Assembly: GCA_964016885.1 (NCBI GenBank)
Contig: OZ024742.1
Location: 339,884,001 to 339,948,000, forward strand
Reading direction: 5' to 3'
DNA from: Eledone cirrhosa
Lineage: Eukaryota
Length of the DNA: 64,000 bases
Each line of letters begins with the position of its first letter. The stretch's first letter is position 1. Positions 55,427-64,000 of the stretch are shown here, piece after piece. The notes beneath the pieces are model-generated. The model made no database searches, was not told the origin of the DNA, and saw only the letters and a list, made by a program, of their open reading frames with translations. Position numbers and translations under genes: made by a program.

Positions 55427-55662
55427 GTGGAACAGAAAGAAGGGAGCACTCTCTCTTTGTGCTCCCGTGGAGAAGGGTCGCACACTTTTTTTCGGGGGTG
55501 TGTGTGACCCCAAAACGATCCCTCCCTATTGAGGACCTTCTTGTTATTATTTTGTTTGTTATATTTTTCTTACTCGATTTTTATGTAAACTCCCCCCACC
55601 CATGTACATGTCCCTTTCTTTTGTGCCCTAGTGGCAAATAAACAGAAATCTGTATGTATGTA

Positions 55663-55892
55663 TGTTCTGGTTTTATAATTTGTTTCATTGTTACCAATAG
55701 AGAGAGAGAGTCGGTTTCTAACATAGACACAAGACTCTCTCATTGGAATTTACACAACATCAACTAGGTAGATATGTATGTCTATATATGCATGTGTGTG
55801 CACGTATGGGTGTTATTGTATGTGTGGATGTGTATGATTTGAGTTATATGTGTGCATGTGCATATGCTTTGTCTCTATACATGCAGTTATTG
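55663..55892 (-). mobile_element. 3' UTR-only copy of the (CATA)n R4/Dong-like family
   Basis: Matches 3462-3682. Confidence 0.85.
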
Positions 55893-56293
55893 TATGAATA
55901 TATGTATGTATCTATGAATGTATATATGTATGGATATATGTATGTATGTGTGTATGTATGTATATATATGTGTATATGTATGCATGTATGTATGTACGTA
56001 TGTATGTATGTATTTATGAATGTATGTATGTATATATATATATGTATGTGTGTATGTATGTATGTATATATGTGTGTATTTATGTATATATCTATGAATG
56101 TATATATGTATAAATATATGTATTATGTGTGTATGTATGTATGAATGTATGTATGTATCTATGAATGAATATATGTATGTATATATGTATGTATGTGTGT
56201 ATGTATCTATGAATGTATATATGTGAGTATATATGTATGTGTGAATATGTGTGTATCTCATTGTATGTATATATGTATATATGCATGTATGCT

Positions 56294-56845
56294 GGTCGGG
56301 TCGTTGGCGACTAAACTGGCAACCCCACCAAGGTTTCTTGGTGAGGAGGGTGACTTCGGACATCCTGCAGGACTAAAAACAAAACCTGTCAAAGGGCAAA
56401 GGAGCTCTTAAGAGTCAATGGCCATCCAAAATCACCGGGAGAGATGACCCCTTAGCCTTTGTCAAGGCAGAATTCTAAGAGAAGGAAAACTCTGATATAA
56501 TACCTGCAACCCTGATGGTATCCAATGATGTTGACTTGTTCTTCTTTTTGGTAAATATCATCTTGGTTAAGAGAGTGGGACTGGCTTTGTGCAGTGCCTT
56601 TGCTCACTATAAAAGCTTCACGGCACAGGCATTGCTTTATATCTGGAGATCTCTCTGCACTTGTCGTCACATGGTACCATGGGCCCAGCACTAAGTGTCA
56701 ATAATTGTCACAAGTGTAGTGTTTGTACCAGAGTTTTCAAGTCGCTGGCTGGACTAAAAAGTCACACTCGTTCAGCGCATCGGTAGGGGCGCTCCTACAT
56801 GGATATAAAGTAGTGGCCGTACTCGAAAACAAGTTGGCAGCCACC
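56294..56845 (+). mobile_element. ~550-bp RTE-like non-coding retroposon, copy 2
   Basis: Near-identical to 24479-25027 with the same ends. Confidence 0.75.
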
Positions 56846-57373
56846 ATGTATGTATGTATATATCTGTGTGTGTATGTAAGTATATATGTGTGTGTATATT
56901 TATACTTGTGTATTTATGTAACATATCGTCGCCAACTTTCGGCTAGAAACCAATCCACAAGGGAGAGAGACAATAAACGATAAACAATACAGTTATTTAT
57001 AATAATTTCTTAATTAATCATCATGGTTGAATAGTCATGTGGTTATGAGTGGCATCAGGTGGTGACATATGCTGCTGAGAAGCAGTCGGGTCGGATGGTG
57101 GGCTGTGGTGGCCATGACTTTCCCCTAGAGGTTTTAATCCCACCACAGTAAATAAGAACTTCTCATCTATCGGCCAAGTTACCAGCACCATTATCGATAA
57201 GGGGGAGATATTTTCTTGTTTACATAATAGATAATAGATGGAATTTTGCTTAAGTAAATAAACTTATTGCTGAGACGACGACTACCAATAAGGAATATAT
57301 ATATTATGTATGTGTATATATACATGTGGATGAGAGTGTGTGTATATAATATTGTGTATATAATATATAGACA

Positions 57374-57440
<67 letters not shown>

Positions 57441-57443
<3 letters not shown>

Positions 57444-57622
57444 GGAAAAAATGAAACGAAATTTCATTTCCCACTCTTAGTACGGCTGTTACTTAAATAT
57501 AAGTATTTACACGCACATACATATATGTATACAGGCGTACAGTAGTATGTATATATATACATACATGCACACATATATATATGTACGTATGGATTCACCG
57601 AACATTTATTATAATGCTCGGT
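57441..57622 (-). mobile_element. 3'-end copy of the 28082 family
   Basis: aatgaaacgaaatttcatttcccactcttagt..ccgaacatttattataatg shared. Confidence 0.8.
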
Positions 57623-57661
57623 GTCTAGCTGGACACTACGGCTTAATACGGGATGTTTGTT

Positions 57662-57713
<52 letters not shown>

Positions 57714-57715
<2 letters not shown>

Positions 57716-57917
57716 TAAGTTATTCTGGGTTGAATCGGAGGTAACCACAGTAAGTAAGGTACTCAATACATAGCAGAGTATAAAAGTTTTAATATAGATG
57801 AGATTCTACAGGACTAGAACTGTTTCATTCTTTAGAAATCATCAGGACTCCAATTCTTGATTATTTCTAAAGAATGAAACAGTTCTAGTCCTGTAGAATC
57901 TCATCTATATTAAAAAT
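57714..57917. mobile_element. Fold-back element, second copy of the 38031 family (opposite orientation)
   Basis: Arms 57787-57847 / 57855-57915; tail on the left; CTGATGA..GAAA intact on the minus strand. Confidence 0.9.
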
Positions 57918-58228
57918 GATATATATATATATATATATCAAACCATGCTAGTGTGGAAGATAGAAGTTAAACGATGCAGATGATGATGATGATGATGATG
58001 ATGAGGATTATGTGTATATAATATATAGTCACACCATACACATGATCTAACTATCTATCTCTCTCTCTCTACTATGTATATACATACATATATATATATA
58101 TATATCATTATATCATGTGTATATGTGTGTGACTGTGTTAACGTCTGTTTCTGTGTTTATATATATCAACTGGTGTCCCAGCATTGTCGCAGTCTAATGC
58201 ATGAAACAAGTAAATGGAGAATATAAGA

Positions 58229-58274
<46 letters not shown>

Positions 58275-58469
58275 ATCTGTGCACGTATGTGTGTGTCTGT
58301 GTGTGTCTGTGTGTGTATGTATGTGTGTGTATGAGGTGTGTGTGTCTGTGTCTGTGTGTATCTGTGTGCGTATGTGTGTGTGTATGTGTATCTGTGTACG
58401 CATGTGTGTGTATGTGTGTGTATGTGTGTATGTGTGTGTGTGTATGTATGTGTGTATGTGTATCTGTGT

Positions 58470-58530
<61 letters not shown>

Positions 58531-58743
58531 GACACAATCATACACACACATATACATATAGATAATTAAAAGGAAATAGCTGTGTGTATGTATGAGAGTG
58601 TGACGAAGGAGGAAAGACGATTAAACAGAGAGGAGGGTGGGTGTTAGAGAGAGGAGGAAAGAGGAAGAGCGGGAGAGCGACAGATAAATAGAGGGATATA
58701 TATATATATTTTCTATGACCCTCCCAAAGTATAACAATATATA

Positions 58744-58988
58744 TGGTGCGTTATGGTCCATCTGGTTCCTCCGTTGTATATATATATAGAGAGAGATGGA
58801 CCATAACGCACCAGAGTACTCAATACTTAGGGTAGTAGAGTGGGAAATAGGAGAAAGTATGACCCCGACGGCAGAGCTCAAGCCGTTTCGCCGGCTATTT
58901 CTGGACTAAAGAAAGAGTTTTTTTTAGTCTTGTAAATAAATAATTCGAAACGGCTTGAGCTCTGCCGTCGGGGTCATACTTTCTCCTA
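58744..58988. mobile_element. Two adjacent inverted repeats (20-bp 58744-58813; perfect 43-bp 58848-58890 / 58946-58988) carrying the 3' half of a hammerhead
   Basis: GAAA-CGGC-ttgagctct-GCCG-TC is stem III with a GUC site; related to 19001-19062. Confidence 0.8.
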
Positions 58989-59089
58989 TATAGTGCATAA
59001 AAGAGGTGGTTGTGGTAGGTGTTGGTGGTAGTGTTAGATGAAAGTTACAAATGTTAAAGGAGTGTATGGTTCATATCCCAGGAGATGGC

Positions 59090-59560
59090 ACACACACATA
59101 CATAATGATGTATACACACATACACACATGTTTATATACATATACACACGCACAAATATACAATTGCAGAGACACATACATGCATACATACATACATATA
59201 TACACATATCCATACATACATATGTACATACATATATACATACATACACATATCCATCCATACATACATATATACATACATACATACATATATACATACA
59301 TACACACATACATACATACATACACACATCCATCCATATATATATATACATACATACACACATCCATACATACATACATACATATCTACATACATATATA
59401 CACACATCCATACATACACACATACATACATACATATATACAAACATACATACACACATCAATACATACATATATATATACATACACACATCCATACATC
59501 CATATATACATAAATACACACATACATCCATACATATATATATATACATACATACATACA

Positions 59561-59591
<31 letters not shown>

Positions 59592-59937
59592 GTACATACA
59601 TATATACACACATCCATACATACATACATACACATATACATACATACACACACACATACATACATACATACATATATATATACATACATAATTACAGATC
59701 ACAGAATAACCACACAGACATATTCACACACACACATATTCATACACACACACATATTCAAACATATACATATTCATACACACATATTCAAACATATACG
59801 CATCGATACACATACATGCACACGCGCGTACACACATATTTACAAGACCATAGGCACACACATACATTCATCCCCAGAGACACAGAGAGGGTGAGAGAAA
59901 GAGAGAGGGTGAGAGAAAGAGAGAGGGTGAGATAAAT

Positions 59938-59970
<33 letters not shown>
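59090..59970. repeat. (CATA)n/(CA)n/(GA)n microsatellite field
   Basis: Direct reading. Confidence 0.9.
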
Positions 59971-60000
59971 AAAAAACAGAACCACACACACTTCATTATC

Positions 60001-60180
60001 GCAGTATCAGTAGAGGGTCGGACGCCATGCTTTCTAGCATAGAGTTATGTCCCTTCACGGGGTGAGTTCAAATCCCTCCAAGGTTAACTTTGCCTTTCAT
60101 CCTGACGGGGTCGATAAAATAAAATACCAGTAATGTACTGGTGTTAATTGCTGGCCTTGTGCCAAAAGTAGAAACAATTA
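60001..60180 (+). mobile_element. tRNA-derived SINE (type 2)
   Basis: Paralog of 7612-7791. Confidence 0.85.
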
Positions 60181-60195
60181 TCTCTCTATAATCAC

Positions 60196-60256
<61 letters not shown>

Positions 60257-60465
60257 CACCTCTCTCTCTCTCTCTTTCTCGCTCTCTCTATCTCTCTCTC
60301 TATCTATCTCTCCCTCTCTCTCTATCTATCTATACCTCTCTCTCTATCTTTCTATCTCTCTTTATCTCTCTCTATCTATCTATCTACCTTTCTCTCTCTC
60401 TCTATCTCTCCCTCGCTCTCTCTATCTCTCCCTCGCTCTCTCTATCTCTCTCTCTCTCTCTCTAA

Positions 60466-60503
<38 letters not shown>

Positions 60504-60524
60504 CTCTCTCTTTCTCTCTCCCTT

Positions 60525-60561
<37 letters not shown>

Positions 60562-60861
60562 ACCTTTCTCTCTCGCTCTCTCTATCTCTCTCTCTCTATC
60601 TATCTCTCTCGCTCTATCTATCTATCTATCTACCTTTCTCTCTCGCTCTCTCTATCTCTCTCTCTCTATCTCTCTCTCTCGCTCTATCTATCTATCTATC
60701 CACCTATCAAAGCTATATGTCTATAAATACATGTATATACACCCTCATATTAAGAGAGAAAAACAGAGAGAGAAAGAGGTAGAAGGAGAGAGAGAAAGAG
60801 AGAGAGGGAGAGAGAGAGTCAAATGGGTAGAAGGAGAGAGAGAGAGAGAGAGAGAGAGACG

Positions 60862-60936
<75 letters not shown>
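60181..60936. repeat. (CT)n/(CTAT)n then (GA)n tracts
   Basis: Direct reading. Confidence 0.9.
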
Positions 60937-60938
<2 letters not shown>

Positions 60939-61029
60939 ATGTTGGACCAATGGGAATATACGTTTAATAACTGTTATGTTAGCAGTTTAATTTATCGCTC
61001 TATCTCCTCTGGGTGTTGCTCTTTACAGT

Positions 61030-64000
61030 ATCACCATTGTATCACTAGTCATCACCATCACCTTTGTATCACTAGTCATCACCATCACCTTTGTATCACT
61101 AGTCATCACCATCACCTTTGTCACACTAGTCATCACCATCACCTTTGTCACACTAGTCATCACCATCACCTTTGTCACACTAGTCATCACCATCACCTTT
61201 GTCACACTAGTCATCACCATCACCATTGTCTCACTAGTCATCACCATCACCATTGTCTCACTAGTCATCACCATCACCATTGTATCACTAGTCATCACCA
61301 TCACCTTTGTCACACTAGTCATCACCATCACCATTGTCTCACTAGTCATCACCATCACCATTGTCTCACTAGTCATCACCATCACCATTGTCACACTAGT
61401 CATCACCATCACCATTGTCACACTAGTCATCACCATCACCATTGTCACACTAGTCATCACCATCACCATTGTCACACTAGTCATCATCACTATTGTCACA
61501 CTAGTCATCACCATCACCATTGTCTCACTAGTCATCACCATCACCATTGTCACACTAGTCACCATCACCATTGTCACACTAGTCATCACCATCACCATTG
61601 TCTCACTAGTCATCACCATCACCATTGTATCACTAGTCATCATCACCATTGTCACACTAGTCATCACCATCACCATTGTCACACTAGTCATCATCATCAC
61701 CATTGTCACACTAGTCATCATCACCATTGTCACACTAGTCATCACCATCACCATTGTCACACTAGTCATCACCATCACCATTGTCACACTAGTCATCATC
61801 ACCATTGTCACACTAGTCATCACCATCACCATTGTCACACTAGTCATCATCACCGTTGTCACACTAGTCATCACCATCACCATTGTCACACTAGTCATCA
61901 TCACCATTGTCTCACTAGTCATCATCACCATTGTCACACTAGTCATCACCATCACCATTGTCTCACTAGTCATCATCACCATCACCATTGTCACACTAGT
62001 CATCACCATCACCATTGTCACACTAGTCATCATCACCATTGTCAAATAAGTCATCACCATCACCATTGTCACACTAGTCATCACCATCACCATTGTCACA
62101 CTAGTCATCATCACCATTGTCACAGTAGTCATCACCATCACCATTGTCTAACTAGTCATCACCATCACCATTGTCACACTAGTCACCATCACCATTGTCA
62201 CAGTAGTCATCACCATCACCATTGTCTCACTAGTCATCACCATCACCATTGTATCACTAGTCATCATCACCATTGTCACACTAGTCATCACCATCACCAT
62301 TGTCACACTAGTCATCACCATCACCATTGTCACACTAGTCATCATCACCATTGTCACACTAGTCATCACCATCATCATTGTCACACTAGTCATCACCATC
62401 ACCATTGTCACACTAGTCATCATCACCATTGTCACACTAGTCATCACAATCACCATTGTCACACTAGTCATCACCATCACCATTGTCACACTAGTCATCA
62501 TCACCATTGTCACACTAGTCATCACCATCACCATTGTCACACTAGTCATCATCACCATTGTCACACTAGTCATCACCATCACCATTGTCACACTAGTCAT
62601 CATCACCGTTGTCACACTAGTCATCACCATCACCATTGTCACACTAGTCATCATCACCATTGTCTCACTAGTCATCATCACCATTGTCACACTAGTCATC
62701 ACCATCACCATTGTCTCACTAGTCATCATCACCATCACCATTGTCACACTAGTCATCACCATCACCATTGTCACACTAGTCATCATCACCATTGTCACAC
62801 TAGTCATCACCATCACCATTGTCTCACTAGTCATCACCATCACCATTGTCACACTAGTCACCATTGTCACACTAGTCATCACCATCACCATTGTCTCACT
62901 AGTCATCACCATCACCATTGTATCACTAGTCATCATCACCATTGTCATACTAGTCATCACCATCACCATTGTCTCACTAGTCATCACCATCACCATTGTC
63001 TCACTAGTCATCACCATCACCAATTGTCACACAAGTCATCATCACCATTGTCACACTAGTCATCACCATCACCATTGTCTCACTAGTCATCACCATCACC
63101 ATTGTCTCACTAGTCATCACCATCACCATTGTCACACTAGTCATCATCACCATTGTCACACTAGTCATCACCATCACCATTGTATCCCTAGTCATCACCA
63201 TCACCATTGTCTCACTAGTCATCACCATCACCATTTTCACACTAGTCTTCACCATCACCATTGTCACACTAGTCATCACCATCAACATTGTCACACTAGT
63301 CATCATCACCGTTGTCACACTAGTCATCACCATCACCATTGTCACACTAGTCATCACCATCACCATTGTCTCACTAGTCATCACCTTTGTCACACTAGTC
63401 ATCATCACCATTGTCTCACTAGTCATCACCATCACCATTGTCACACTAGTCATCATCACCATTGTCACACTAGTCATCACCATCACCATTGTATCACTAG
63501 TCATCACCATCACCATTGTCTCACTAGTCATCACCATCACCATTGTCACACTAGTCTTCACCATCACCATTGTCACACTAGTCACCACCATCACCATTGT
63601 CACACTAGTCATCATCACCATTGTCACACTAGTCATCACCTTTGTCACACTAGTCATCACCATCACCATTGTCTCACTAGTCATCACCTTTGTCACACTA
63701 GTCATCATCACCATTGTCTCATTAGTCATCACCATCACTATTGTCACAATAGTCATCATCACCATTGTCACACTAGTCATCACCATCACCATTGTCTCAC
63801 TAGTCATCACCGTCACCATTGTCACACTAGTCATCATCACCATTGTCTCACTAGTCATCACCATCATCATTGTCACACTAGTCATCATCACCATTGTCAC
63901 ACTAGTCATCACCATCACCATTGTCTCACTAGTCATCACCATCACCATTGTCACACTAGTCATCATCACCATTGTCACACTAGTCATCATCACCATTGTC
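61030..64000. repeat. Minisatellite/satellite array, 24/27-bp unit cactagtcat(cac)catcaccattgt(ca/ct/at)
   Basis: More than 100 tandem units, running off the window end. Confidence 0.97.

Larger units (their letters stand above)
50037..55652 (+). mobile_element. Near-intact full-length Tx1-clade LINE (family B), downstream of (GTCT)n
   Basis: 5' UTR shared with the 44950 copy; two ORFs; 3' end aataaacagaaatctgt. Confidence 0.95.

Noticed and set aside
56918-57290. Possible LTR fragment starting tgtaaca
   Set aside because: No partner LTR, TSD or diagnostic motif is visible
61030-64000. CRISPR-like array or genuine 706-aa gene
   Set aside because: Units are contiguous with no unique spacers, there are no cas genes, the context is eukaryotic, and several frames are open because of low complexity

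Overview
This is eukaryotic, microsatellite-saturated, gene-free DNA with no host exon supported. The SINE types and (TA)n/(CATA)n density suggest a cephalopod such as Octopus, which is an inference. Almost all short ORFs in the track are translated microsatellites. The real content is retroelements, each sitting in its own microsatellite. Tx1-clade LINEs lie in (ATT)n and (TCTG)n, including a near-intact 5.6-kb copy at 50037-55652. R4/Dong-like RLE LINE fragments lie in (TAA)n and (CATA)n. There are also CRE-like fragments, an RTE-like non-coding element, tRNA-derived SINEs, an internally deleted irritans-type mariner and a 24/27-bp satellite at the right end. The main finding is about a dozen short fold-back (palindromic) elements from several unrelated sequence families, nearly all embedded in (TA)n. 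Many carry type I hammerhead ribozymes, often with a self-complementary stem III, and the fold-back point often lies at or near the ribozyme. A truncated Naiad-type Penelope-like element (GIY-YIG) flanked by inverted hammerhead-bearing repeats links them to PLEs. Three families use a U3-A8 covariant core (UUGAAAA) that standard CUGANGA searches would miss.
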